A stretch of 63,860 nucleotides of DNA, the filler included, from Phoronis australis (Eukaryota > Animalia > Phoronida): NCBI GenBank assembly GCA_002633005.1. It is 9 parts of 9 records of this genome, joined end to end, with 100 filler letters (N's around TTAATTAATTAA, not from the genome) between each part and the next. Parts side by side here need not be neighbours in the genome. Positions count along the whole stretch, not along the records: positions 40,470 to 58,066 come from NMRA01000017.1; positions 58,167 to 61,833 come from NMRA01002906.1; positions 61,934 to 63,860 come from NMRA01000699.1; 6 more parts are not named here. One strand, written 5' to 3'. The translations under genes were made by a program, and so were the position numbers. The notes below the pieces were generated by a model. The model was given only the letters and a program-made list of their open reading frames with translations. It did not search any database and was not told the DNA's origin. Every line of letters begins with the position of its first letter. Positions within the stretch are counted from its first letter, which is position 1. Below, piece after piece: positions 50,729 through 63,199 of this stretch.

Positions 50729-52409
50729 AGAAGCATGCCACCCAAAAAACAACCTAATTTGTATCAATTTAGATCGAGTAGTTCTACTCCATAACCACAC
50801 GTACGGTTACGTTACCTGACACCTGATGGCAGACGGAGGAGTTGAAATTATCCAATGATGTCATCTGCTTCACTCGCAGTCTGTTTAGCAGTTCACAACA
50901 CGGGTTACTGGTGTCAGCTTATCGCTTGAAGTCATCGTTTAACACCAATAAATTATCAAAATTCGATGTAAAACCCTTGAAAATACACCGAGTTCTTATA
51001 AAAACGTGTTGTTTTATTTCGCTCTTACGGATTTATTGGTATTTGGACACACCGTAGCCTACAAAGTTCGGCAGGCCAATAAGGTCTGTAGCAGGAGTTT
51101 GGGGTCTGTTCGGAGATAATTTCGAAGTATTTTCCGTGAGATACAGACAGGAGAACCTAGATCTGTTTTGTTTAGACTTGTGATTTCTGAGTTCTAAACA
51201 CAAAACGCTTGTTATCCTGGCCAGTGGCTCGGAGCCCTATCAGGCCCGTCGCGGCCGGCCGGATTGACTCCGACGTTATCCCGGCCAGTTGATCGGAAAC
51301 TGAGACATCACGTACATAAACCAGCCAAAGTTCAGTGAAAACTAAACTTCCAGTCAAAAAAATACTATACTAGTGAGCCAAAGTAATGTGCACGGTGATT
51401 ATGTTGGTGAATTAGCCACGAAACTGCAAATCTACTTACTCGTCCGGGGCCACGAATTCAGGTTCCGCTTTGGCCACAGCACCGTCAGGGCAGAAGTTGT
51501 ACATTGACAATCATTATTTGGGTAATGTAAACGTAAATAAAGATTCCCCTAACACCTGACCGTGGGATGGAAATCGAATTGTTTCACAACAGTTTCTGCC
51601 AGCAAACACTAAATTAGCATGAGCTCACACGGTGGCCTCGGTGTCCCGTCAATTAGTTTTATTGCATCTAAAGCCGGTAATGCATACATTTATTCATTGC
51701 TGGCTTCTCAAATCATTTGCACTCACGAACACTCCAAAGGCATTACAAATTGCATCTAATGAGACACACTTTGTTTGAGTTTTATATAAGTATTGGTTAG
51801 GGTGAGAATAATTCAGTTGAAACAGAACACTCATTTACGAACACGGCAACTTGCAATCCCGACTTAGGACGAGCTACAGCTCGATCAGTCCCGACTTCGC
51901 AGGTGGATCATTAAGTTTTACAGGCTATCAATTCAAACAGGAATACAGTGATGAAGAAATACTAGAGAGGCGCCGTGAACAAGCTCAAACAATGGAACGT
52001 ATGGAGTTATTTGGCAAGCCGGCATTCGTCAGGCACTGTCGACGTCTTCAGGCCATAGACACGGAGATGTTTCACGGCCTCATACTTGCTATTTACAGCG
52101 TACATTTCATTCTTCATTACCACGAGCAACTTCCTAAGCATTTCAGACTCTCGAGGAAGTAAAAAAAAAAAAATGATATACCCGCTTTCCTCGCAGCTGC
52201 TCAGTTCGGACAAGCGGAAACGATGCACCGCAACATAGCGGCATTCACTCTGCATATGAACCACTGACATCGCTAGCATCGTTTCTCACCTTCCTCACAG
52301 GTTAACGCGACATCTCTTGGCAAGGTAAGGTCGACTGTATGCGATTCGATGTGGATATACACCGATTTAGACGACAAAAAAGACTAATTAAATCGGGTGG
52401 CATTCTCCT
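50729..52409. mobile_element. Kolobok deletion derivative with remnants of two divergent genes
   Basis: TIRs AGAAGCATGCCACCC / GGGTGGCATTCTCCT (13/15), flanks GTAA and TTAA. Plus strand GYQFKQEYSDEEILERRR (KolX-like start); minus strand PNFVGYG..NTNK (THAP-like start) near 51030-51073. Confidence 0.65.
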
Positions 52410-53089
52410 TTAATTTCAATTAAGATTCGAGCGTTGATACACGCGTTGACTTAATTTTTGAAAAAGACCTTCAATCTCTAAAGCTTTTTTATCTCTTGAT
52501 TGTCAACTGACAGTTAACAATGCTATCAGGCATGCTATTAAGTTAGTGATTAATATAAACCTATTATTTAGTATCTGAAATTTCCAGGTTGTACAAACCA
52601 CTAAATCTTATCTATTTGGGTCAAATGGTGTGATTTCCGTATCATTTATAACCAGAGAATGTCTTTGGTCAAAGTCTTACATCTGATCTTTCTATCACCT
52701 TCAATGTTTGGATTGTTTGCCCTTGACTTAAATCAGACATAAGGGAATTGCTGATAAACTTCTCATAACAAAAAAATCTACAAAACTAAGAAATAGTTTT
52801 CATTCAATTAAAGTGTATATTTTATAGAAAGAAAAAAGCCTGCAAAAATTTGATTTAGACTGCCACTGATTGGGTCAAGTGACCACATCTTTTTAGTGAA
52901 TGATACATTCACAACAAAACAAAAATACCTAAACATGACCAAATTTCTTTTGATATGAAAGTTCAAGATGAAATTTCAACAACACTGTTACAGTTTTCTA
53001 AATTATCATTTTGTTTTTATTCTCTGAATGCAACTTAATTTGTTCTTCACACAAATCATAAATTCAAGAAAACAACAACGGGTTTTAAG

Positions 53090-53135
53090 ACTTGACATGT
53101 TTCGGTGTCATTTATTAAACACCATCCTCAGAAGT
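53090..53135 (-). ncRNA. Minimal hammerhead ribozyme motif in a Penelope-like pLTR fragment (repeat spans ~53072-53275)
   Basis: Minus strand ACTT-CTGAGGA-TGGTGT..ACACC-GAAAC-ATGTC-AAGT: stem I ACTT/AAGT, stem II GGTGT/ACACC, palindromic ACATGT stem III, GUC cleavage triplet. Confidence 0.72.
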
Positions 53136-55505
53136 GATAATACAGTGGTCACCTAGCTAGGCCCAGCAACAAGTAATGAAGCACAGATACAGTCAGTTAT
53201 ATCAAGTGACAATGAACTAGACCAACAATGACAACCTGTGGTGTGTCAGTTGCCTATTGAGATTGGGCTTGCACCAACTGATGTGTAAAGCCTTGGGAAT
53301 TTTAAGCTCCTTTGTTGTTACTGCCTGGTCTATAAGTGTCCTGTGTTCAATCAATTCTGAAAATCCGAAAACTTGCTCCTGAAGTACAGCCAATTTGCCA
53401 AATTTGGACATTTTTCTACTGACCTCCACAACCCTAACAGGAACACTAGAAAACTCCCGAGTCCAGTTTTCAGTTGTCTACACTGGTTACAACAGAATTA
53501 CTGTCATGAGGTGCAAAATACAAAGGTCTCCTGAACCACGTTGACTACACTTTTAAAACTTCATTTTATCATAGAAAATTTATGAACAAATATCTATTAC
53601 AAATGAACTCGTTATCCTTACCCCTGTACTATTGGCATTTCTTCACATAACTTTTGATATCCATTTTATTCATAAAAACTAGTAAAAACCCAGGAAGGAG
53701 TGTAAAGTCTGTTCTTCAGTTATCCATATAAGGGAGCAAAAAAGCAGTAACTATGTAATAAGTAAAGTTCTTCCCGGATTTTCGAGGCAAGAAGGTCATT
53801 GCTCATAGTTTGACAAATCAAGCTGTTTAAACTATGAATCACTACCAAGTTAGTGACTACTACATTCAGAAAAGCAATAAATTTAGCTAACATTTTTGCT
53901 TAATTGAGAATTATATCAATTTTAATATTAAAGAGTGAGATGGGTCCACTACCCTTTTGCTTTAATAATTTCCTTGGTAGCCCATCATGGAACAATGGGT
54001 CTGCTTAATTCATTGACACCTCCCAGGAAACACGGGTTAAGCTACTTTCACACTAGACTTAGTGCAGAGTAATCTGCTGTTGGTGCATAATTTCATTGAC
54101 CATCATTTCAGTAGTGAGGAAGCTTATCCCCTTTTATTTTTTCGGAATCATTTTGAAAGAAACACCTCAGCCACTTGCAATATGAAGACGTATCGCAATC
54201 CCATAACTCGGGCAACAGACTGATGTTTGGCACCAGATATGATGGCAAGAGAAATCAATCCATGACAGGGCTGTCCTCAGAATAGTTTGAGAAGAGAAAG
54301 TTATAGCAAGAGCCGAGAGACAGATGATACATTCTTGATTGCCCTTGACATGACTTATCAACATACTAAATTTCAGAACATATCCTCAAATAACCAAAGA
54401 GCTAAAGAACAATTATTCAAAACATGGCCATTACAATGCCATCTTGAGTCTGATTTAGCTTTTCAAGGAAAACCTGTTATGTCAAAAATTAAAAAAAAAC
54501 GTAGCGCGCGTATAATAGACCTCAAAACAGCAGCAAGGAATCGGTAAATAAAAGACCCATCATCTAAACAGTAAATCTTCAATAACTTGAGAATGGCAAG
54601 CTGGAGTGACAAACAAATTTTAATGCGATGACATACAAACTAACAAACAAAAAAACAAATGAACGTAATCTGAGGAATGACATGTGATGCGGTAATTGAA
54701 TAAAGAATATAGCAGCAAAGTCGACAACGGTGCCCGTGACAACAGTGACAACAAAGACACAGCTGAAAACACTACCACAGGTGACTGTATTTTTGTCATA
54801 AGTAAGAGGACATTTTAAACACCAAATCTTAATAATAAGTTTCATGATGAAGTGACGAGCAGAACTACCCAGAGTGTGTGAAATTTCGGGGTCTAACGTA
54901 ACGGAGCTCAACACACAATGGTACCTAACCTATCTAGTTGTGTTTCGACTAGCCAGATTTTGCATGCACACCCGCCAGTCGTTAGCTCTACATGCAGAAA
55001 TAAGTTTCACAACGAGGGATGATCAGCAGAGCTTCCCGTGATGTGTGAAATTTCAGAATCTAACAGGGCTCAACACACATAGCTGTATTTAGACGATAGC
55101 CTTCATACAGCTAGGTGGCTGGCTCGGCCGGGCCTAGGCAACAATTAGCCCCTCGGTTGACCGGTTAGGGGCTACAATACTTCCCATCGCTTCCTGTATT
55201 AATTTCGTCACGTGTATTTTAAACGGGCGGTAGGCGAAGTCCACTCACTGATTAAGAATTTTCACCAAGTCAAAAATACATTCCACATTTAAAGTTATCA
55301 CTTAAAAAAGTGCTTACTTTCTTCAGTGATCCTTTCTACTTTACACATACCTTCAATGACGCTTAGTTACAAGAATTAAAGGTGATTTTGGCGAAGAATT
55401 CCAACTCCACTTTTTGGCCATCGTTAATTTTTTCACTGCGCGCGATAACCACAAAGTATTTCAATTGAAGAATAGGTTGATCATTGGTCTCTAGAGGCAT
55501 TGTAC

Positions 55506-55860
55506 TATAAGATAATCACTTCCTTAGAGACGGTGTAGATTGGTCGCAGATGTTTCGACCTGGTCCGCCAGGTATTTATTCTTTGGCTAAGATCTTAGAT
55601 GATTCAAGGGAGATGGAATGAATCGTTTAGGACCTCAGCCAAAGAACAGAATTGGTATGCTCTCAAGTTAAAAGAATCCGTAAATATCAGCAGTCAGCGC
55701 CCTCTCTTGAACCGGGACCGAGGTCTTCACTTACCTCCCGTATATTCGAACATTCTTAACCAGCGAAAGGCGGGAAACTCCTCACTCATTGTTAAAGACC
55801 TGGCAGACCAGGTTGAAACGTCTGCGACCAATCTGTACCATCTCTAGTGATTATCTTATA
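55506..55860 (+). mobile_element. 5'-truncated Penelope-like retroelement with inverted pLTR
   Basis: Peptide WNESFRTSAKEQNWYALKLKESVNISSQRPLLNRDRGLHLPPVYSNIL matches the end of a PLE GIY-YIG domain. It is followed by a decayed hammerhead (GACCTGG..CCAGGTTGAAACGTC). 55506-55573 is an inverted copy of 55798-55860. Confidence 0.82.
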
Positions 55861-56820
55861 CTGCTATTTCAACTGAGTCACGTGAGTTAGGCAAAGGCTA
55901 GCACAAGACTGAGCGAAGCGCGTGATGTTGGCGCGTGACACTTGCAAAATAGCATTGGGAGATATCAAGTGAAATTTGTAAGATTTGAGTCCCTTGGACT
56001 GTTTATTCCTCAACATGCGTGAGTACACGTAACTTCTTCAAAATGGCACCCGGTAAGAGAAACTCTAGCAAACGGCGACAGATTTTCATGGATATGCTCA
56101 AGTTATGCTGACTAAATTGTATCCAGAGTCATGGTATGTGTTAATTATAACTCCATGTGCCTATATGCATGTTTCATTCGATTTTATTTGTTGTATTTTG
56201 AAATGAGTAACTTTTTATGGGGATGTCTATGGCCCCTGTAATGCAGGCTGTATGCCTGCGACATTCACTGGGCATGCAATTCTATAGCCTTTGTACAAAG
56301 CTGTATACTAAATATACAGCTTTGCACCAATGTGAGTAAAAAAGTGGTAAGACACTGTTCCTTGAGTAAAGTAAATTATTTAACAGTGTTGGAAAAAATG
56401 GCGTTCTACCATTATTCTGATACTAAAGTTGTGGAGTGATCTTTAGCAACAGCATTCGGCGCCATGAAATATTGCATCACCTATTGGCCAGTTTCTTTTT
56501 TTTGCTGATTCTTCAATCAACTGTTGTTCTTTCACGAGGTTGCGTACACGTCACAACAAATCATCGGAATTGGTTTCACCTAATTATATGTTTTTAGAAT
56601 TTTGACACAGAAAAACCGAATTTCAGAATAAATTTTGCTGCTGCCAAGCTATCATCATCTCCTGAGAGATGTCGCAAAATTTAGGAAATGGCGCGTTTGC
56701 GTGACACGAGCATACTATTTTCAAAACGATGACATACTTTTCATTGTTAGAAAAGGTGAAGAGTTACACAAGAAAATGACGTTTATTGCATTGTTTTCCA
56801 CTTTAATGGCTGTAACAGGC

Positions 56821-57405
56821 CACAGGCGTCCTCAGGTTAAACAAACCACGAGGAATTGTTCTTTCTCCCAATACCATTTACAGTGTCCAGCTCCACCAAG
56901 TACGCAACAAATTCGTGGTCAAAGCACAAAAATCTTCCCAAAAAGTCGCTGTATACCAGCAGTATGCTACACGGAAATTGCTGGTTTGTAACGAAAGGTT
57001 ACGACATCAATAACTCCATACTTAGTCAGACCATTTCGTAACCTTCCATAGTGAACCGGCAATTGCCGTCGATTCGTAACTCATCGGATTATTCCGTACC
57101 CTACTTGACCTTGACCGTGTGAAGCATATTGCTAGTATGCAGTGACTTTGTGAGAAGATTTTTGTGCTTTTAATGCGAATTTGTTGAGAACTCAATGGAG
57201 CAGGACACTGTAAATGGTACTGGCAGAAAGAACAAATCCTCATGGTTTGTTGAACCCGTTTTGTGTAAATTTATAGAGTTTTGTGTTTGCTATGCACGGA
57301 TGAAGTGAACCACCCATGGAATTTCTAGTCCAGAGTGTCATACCTTGTAGTATATATATATATATATAGGGTATTGGGAACGATCAGAAGCTGAGGACGC
57401 CTGTG
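56821..57405. mobile_element. Older foldback element with CACAGGCGTCCTCAG termini; left arm internally deleted
   Basis: Termini CACAGGCGTCCTCAG / CTGAGGACGCCTGTG; arms 56840-56975 and 57115-57252 are diverged inverted copies. Confidence 0.7.
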
Positions 57406-57410
57406 TAACG

Positions 57411-58065
57411 CTCAGCTTCTGATCGTCCCCAATACACTACATATAATACTACAAGGTAGGACACTCCCGACTAGAAATTCCATGGGTGCTTCACTTCAGC
57501 CGTCCATAGCAAACATAAAACTCAATAAATTTACACAAAACAGGAGTTCAACAAACCATGAAGAATTGTTCTTTCTCCCAATACCATTCACGGGGTCCTG
57601 TTACGGCGACTTCGTAAGAAATTCGCAGTCAAAGAACAAAAATGTTCACAAAAAGCCCCACACACGTTCTCCCTAGGCCCGTCGAGGTCAAGGATGGTAC
57701 GGAAATTGCCGGTGAGTTACGGAAGTAGCGACATCGTGACTTTACGCGACAAAACGGCAATTTCCGTACCGTCCTTGACCTCGACGGGCCTAGGGAGAAC
57801 GTGTGTGGGGCTTTTTGTGAACATTTTTGCTCTTTGACTGCGAATTTCTTACGAAGTCGCCGTAACAGGACCCCGTGAATGGTATTGGGAGAAAGAACAA
57901 TTCTTCATGGTTTGTTGAACTCCTGTTTTGTGTAAATTTATTGAGTTTTATGTTTGCTATGGACGGCTGAAGTGAAGCACCCATGGAATTTCTAGTCGGG
58001 AGTGTCCTACCTTGTAGTATTATATGTAGTGTATTGGGGACGATCAGAAGCTGAGGACGCCTGTG
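57411..58065. mobile_element. Young foldback element: 301-bp inverted arms (57411-57711 / 57755-58055) around a 43-bp loop
   Basis: Arms are near-perfect reverse complements (two mismatches noticed). Mirror ORFs 57482-57676 and 57790-57984 differ by one residue. Same terminus as 56821-57405. Confidence 0.9.
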
Positions 58066-59662
58066 GNNNNNNNNNNNNNNNNNNNNNNNNNNNNNNNNNN
58101 NNNNNNNNNNTTAATTAATTAANNNNNNNNNNNNNNNNNNNNNNNNNNNNNNNNNNNNNNNNNNNNGTCTGTTGCACAGCCCTATTCCCAGAACGGTGAC
58201 CAAAAGAAGTAAGACCGCTTCATATTGGATGCTTCTTACAGTTCTGAATATTTTCCAGTCTCTAACCTGCCTGGAAAGCACAGACACAGTGGATTATATT
58301 TGGGCACATTTTTGAAAGGAGACAAAGATTAAGTCTGTCCTTCCCCGTGTTCCGACTGAGAAGTGAACTTTTGATTTCGACATATGACACTGGTCTCGAG
58401 AAGTGATTTCTAGGTTTGCTAAGAAGCGGAGGTGCATAAAATGACATAAAATAACACAACAGAGCCTGGTCTTAAGCTTTAATTAACTGCCAGTTCTTTC
58501 AGTGCCCATAAAATCATCTCCAATTAGAAGAACAGTTGAAGACCAGTTTCATAACCAATATTTGCTCTAGAACAAAAGTTGTTTTTATAATGGAATGGGG
58601 GTTTGTTATAACCTCTGTAATGCAGTATACAAGTAACCACATTTAAAGGAAGAACATGACTACCACTGTTTTTTGTGAAGTGATTCACAAGAAGGAAATA
58701 TCACATAAAAATCTAAAAATCAAAAGGAACATTAAATAAAAGATCTCTTTTGGGATCGAAAACCATACCTTAAGCTTATCGGTGTATGGCCGCGTCGTCC
58801 ACAACTCACGAACTTGGTTCACCACTAGGACTTAAATCTCAATAGCCTCTCGTACATTATGCTTATTCCACAGCACAGGGTAGAGAAGGCTTTTGAGATC
58901 AGAGTCTATGAGGGTGCACCTGGTGGTGAATCAAGTTTTTTTCAGATATTTATCATCATTGATAAACAAATACAAAAAACAAACAAACCCGTACATCCGT
59001 TCATTCACGCATGCAGACACCATTCTCGTATCTCGTACAAAGTAAACAACTGTTGTATATGAAGTAATGTGAATAAATTTTCCCATTTCCCAGAAAAGCT
59101 GTCGTACCAAGTTCGTGAGATATGGACAAAACTGCTGTACACCGACAACCTCAAGGTATGGCTTTTCGGTTCCAAAAGGGATCTTTATAAATTATCATCG
59201 TTTAAATGGAATCCAGGAATATACAAAATCTCATCAAAGGAACATACAAGAGCTTCATACTCATAATGGAAATTGATTCACGTGTTTCTCGAAGAAAACG
59301 ATAACATTTGCAAAAGACATCGAATCCATTCTCAGGACTCCAGGGCATCTTATTTGTAGACAGCAGTGCTGCTGCGCTTGAAATGAAATTAATTTCTAGA
59401 GACACATAGCAAATTGAAGCAGACAACCTTTCAACTCTTACTGATAACAGATAATGGAAAGCTTTTATGAAATGTATTCACCACAGAAGAGGGGACTAAA
59501 TCCATTATTTAGTTTAAGCCTAGTTTCTACGGGCCCAAAGCATGTTACATCAGCAGCGTCCATTTCTGAACTTTACCAACGCCATTGGTTTTTCGGTAGA
59601 ATGCTCAACAGAGGAAATTTGGGGATAACGCAAAGGAAAACTGATTTCCGCAGCAAGCTCCC

Positions 59663-59835
59663 AATTGACCTATCGCAGGTCCGCCCCCTTGCAAAATGTC
59701 AACAAACAAACAATACGTTTTACCCGGCAATTTGTTGATGGTCGGGTGAAATGGCAGTTTGAAAAGGTGTGACAAGAATGCTGCGTTCTGATTGCTCAGT
59801 CAAGCTGTTATTCAAAATCCTGGCGATAGGTAATT
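59663..59835. mobile_element. Short MITE with AATTGACCTATCGC-AGG / CCTGGCGATAGGT-AATT ends
   Basis: Inverted termini; the right half is homologous to 18140-18239. Confidence 0.6.
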
Positions 59836-60653
59836 TCAGCTTGGACTAGTAAAAGTAATTTTAAGAAATGCCCTTCCTTGCTAGTTATACGATTAAAAGA
59901 ATAAGGACTTCACTTATTTAACAAACAATACGGTCAAGAGAAGAATTACTTTTTTATCAAATTTATCAACAAAAATAAATATTAAGATTTAGTCAATCAC
60001 TAAGATGATTTCAGCTGTGTCGATATCTTAAGACAACTTTACGTAAATTTCCACAACTTGCAGTAATCAGCCTTTTGTAAAATGGAAAATGTCAATTCTG
60101 AAAATTATTTCTGCGCGAAATACGGTAAGTGAAGAATTATGGTATTCTCACGTTTGACAGGTCCATTCCACTTGTACAATGTTCTGTGATAAGTTCACAA
60201 TACAGACCTTGAAACACAGAATAAGACACATTTCAGACTTGTTCAAAACATGTAGACACCACATTTTCCATCAACTTATCACAATTCATAACAAATGATA
60301 TCGCCTTACATAGTTTTATATTTCCAACAAGGCCTTCAACACTCCAAGCCAAAGACAGCCATATTCCTTTAGCATTGATTTGTGAGCACATCTGGAAGTC
60401 CATTTGTCTGGAACTCCCACGTGCAGCAACTTCTGTCGGACCAATGAAAGGTTTGATATGACTTTGTGTCTCAGCCAGCAAATCATTTTTACCACTTGGC
60501 CATTTATGTTAACAAGACCCATGTGGGTAGACCAAAGCCAACCAGTCATCTCACCAGCCAGCTACATACATACAAGGAAGCATAAAGGCAAACAAAAAAA
60601 CAGGAAAAAAATAATCGAACCCCTGACTTCTTAGTTTTGTCAAGATCCTACAT

Positions 60654-61105
60654 CAAGGTACCTAAACTACACATTCAACGGACTCATAAACACGGCCCAC
60701 GGACGCATGAGCACGACTCACGGACCTGCAAACACCATCCACTGACTCACAAACACAGGAACGGACTCACAAAACACGATCCACGCACCCAAATACACGG
60801 GGCACGGACTCACGTTCACGAAGAAACACAGTTAACCGACCGCCAAACACGGTTTACGGACAAAATGGAAATGTCAGCTGACCCAGGAAGCCGATGAGTC
60901 CGTGACCCGTGTTTGGCGGTCCGTTAAACGTGTTTCCTCATGAATTTGAGTCCGAGTCCCGTGTATTTGGGTGCGTGGATCGTGTTTTGTGAGTCCGTTC
61001 CCGTTTTTGTGAGTCAGTGGACGGTGTTTGCAGGTCCGTTAGTCATGTTCATGCGTCCGTGGGCCGTGTTTATGAGTCCGTTGACTGTGTAGTTTAGGTA
61101 CCTTG
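60654..61105. mobile_element. Palindromic MITE/foldback with ~205-bp arms built of ~21-bp CACGGACTCACAAA-like units
   Basis: CAAGGTACCTAAACTACACA ... TGTGTAGTTTAGGTACCTTG with a ~36-bp central spacer; TSD unresolved. Confidence 0.85.
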
Positions 61106-62587
61106 TACAATAAACTCACCATGAAACTATCAAACTATGACTGGACACTTTTATTCTCTAGCATTCAACCAGCAACAAAACTGAAATGAAAGTTATTTAC
61201 CCACATTAGATACTTTTCAGTTTCTTGTTTGATGTAGAAATGCACTGAGAGACAATGACAACTTCGCGGTCACTTTCTCATAAGGGAAACTTTGGTTTAA
61301 CAAAGCTTCGCTGAAACTTTGCTCACCTTTACGACTACACAGCGATATCGAAGTTATCGCTATGACAACAGACAACGCAATTTATTCGTATTCTCAAATG
61401 AATAATGAGTAGTGGGTTCGAGACTAACTGAAAATGGTTTGCCTGCCGTGTATGAAGGCTCATGAAAATGATCAGAGTTGTTCTTCATCAGATATGCTTC
61501 CGTTTATTTATTATTGAGAGAACGTCGACTACACTACAATAACAGAAAAAATGTCGACTATGCTACAACAACAAAGAACACGTTTTGCGAGTCTCACGTG
61601 ATTGTAAATCGTTGCCACAACCTCTACCAATAACTTCGATGAAACTTCGCTTTGACTGTTACCACTACACCGAAGTTTCGGTGAATACCGAAGCTTCACT
61701 CTTAAATCCTACTATTTTAAGCGAAGTTTCGCTTGCAGATTAACTAGCATACTTAAACTTTCCCACATACCAAAATTTCGGTTAAAGTGAAATTTCATTT
61801 CTAATGCGAAAGCAACTAATGAAGCAAATTTGGNNNNNNNNNNNNNNNNNNNNNNNNNNNNNNNNNNNNNNNNNNNNTTAATTAATTAANNNNNNNNNNN
61901 NNNNNNNNNNNNNNNNNNNNNNNNNNNNNNNNNTGGCAAGAAGTCCCAAAAACACCTAACTCACCTCGACCGCTTGTGCTTGACATGTTTCTCTTCCGTC
62001 AGCTGATTCGTGTGAATTATGGGTAATCTCTCCACTGGCAACCCCGCATAAATAATGAGGTTTGGCTGAAGGTCCGCCCACTTTTTATCAATTTAAAAAA
62101 ATTAATAGTAAAATAACGAGAGTATGTACATGGCTGTAATTTACGAAAAGAGTTAATTTTAGTGATATCTTTCGATTGGCAAAGCTCAATTTGTGATCTA
62201 AGCAGGCGAAAGTAAAGGAAATAGTGACTTTAACACAGTTCTCTAAACTTAATGTAAACAAGTCGACTGAAACTCGCGTCTGCAAATCACTTACATTTAT
62301 TTTCAACAAATCGTTGGAAAAGGCCAAAGTGACACCACAGATTATAGACTGCGGCATTTTCTTACGTGCTAGCTGAACTCTCGTGGCCTTTCTGGTACAG
62401 TTTCCCGTTAGTGTATTTTGGCGAGAAATATTTACACCTACTTTACTGTCCAAAGCAACGAAAAAAAAATTAATTTCGGCATTGAAACGCTTTTCAAAGT
62501 CTTTCAATAGTAGAATTGTTGATATTGTGAGTACTTTTGGCAATGCTACTGGTAATTAATTACAAAATTGAAACTTCGGTGCCGACT

Positions 62588-63199
62588 GCAGAATGGTGAA
62601 TGTTGGCCAAATCTCCTTCCACTGACGTCACAAGCGTATTGGCGCCCCCAGTGGAGGCCCTGAGAACTCGTAAACAAGCATGCTGGCGACTGTGATTAAA
62701 GTATTTTTATGATTTTTCCAGAGTCGCTATGTTTTAGTGTGTTTTTAAATAACGTTGTATGTCATACCTCTCAGAAAATTAATATTGTTCCAATAAATTA
62801 AAAAAGTTGGAATATTCATTCTCGCGATCCTGCAATACCATCCAAATGTTCTTCTGAAATTCTGTGTTACACACGGCAAAGCCAAAGTTTTATCCCCACA
62901 CGAAATAGCTACATTTACCCTCGACTAAATAGGAATCTTTCAATCATAATTAATTGATACTATATACCATTCATTGTTATATACCATGCATTATGTTTTT
63001 AGAAAAAAAAAAACGATACTCAACGTCCCATAATAAATGCAAGTCTGTTCGCCAGCTTGGCTCGGCCGTTGCTAGGCTGGATACTTCCGGGTTCATGAAC
63101 TCGGTTTATTTACGAGTTCTCAGGGCCTCCACTGGGAGCGTCAGTATGCTTATGACGTCATTGGACAAAAAGGGATTTGGCCAACATCCACTATTCTGC
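62588..63199. mobile_element. Mutator-like non-autonomous element, 612 bp
   Basis: ~90-bp imperfect TIRs starting GCAGAAT(G/A)GTG; perfect 9-bp TSD GTGCCGACT (62579-62587, 63200-63208). Confidence 0.85.

Noticed and set aside
57482-57984. Two near-identical convergent 64-aa ORFs
   Set aside because: Mirror products of the foldback arms, with no recognisable protein motif
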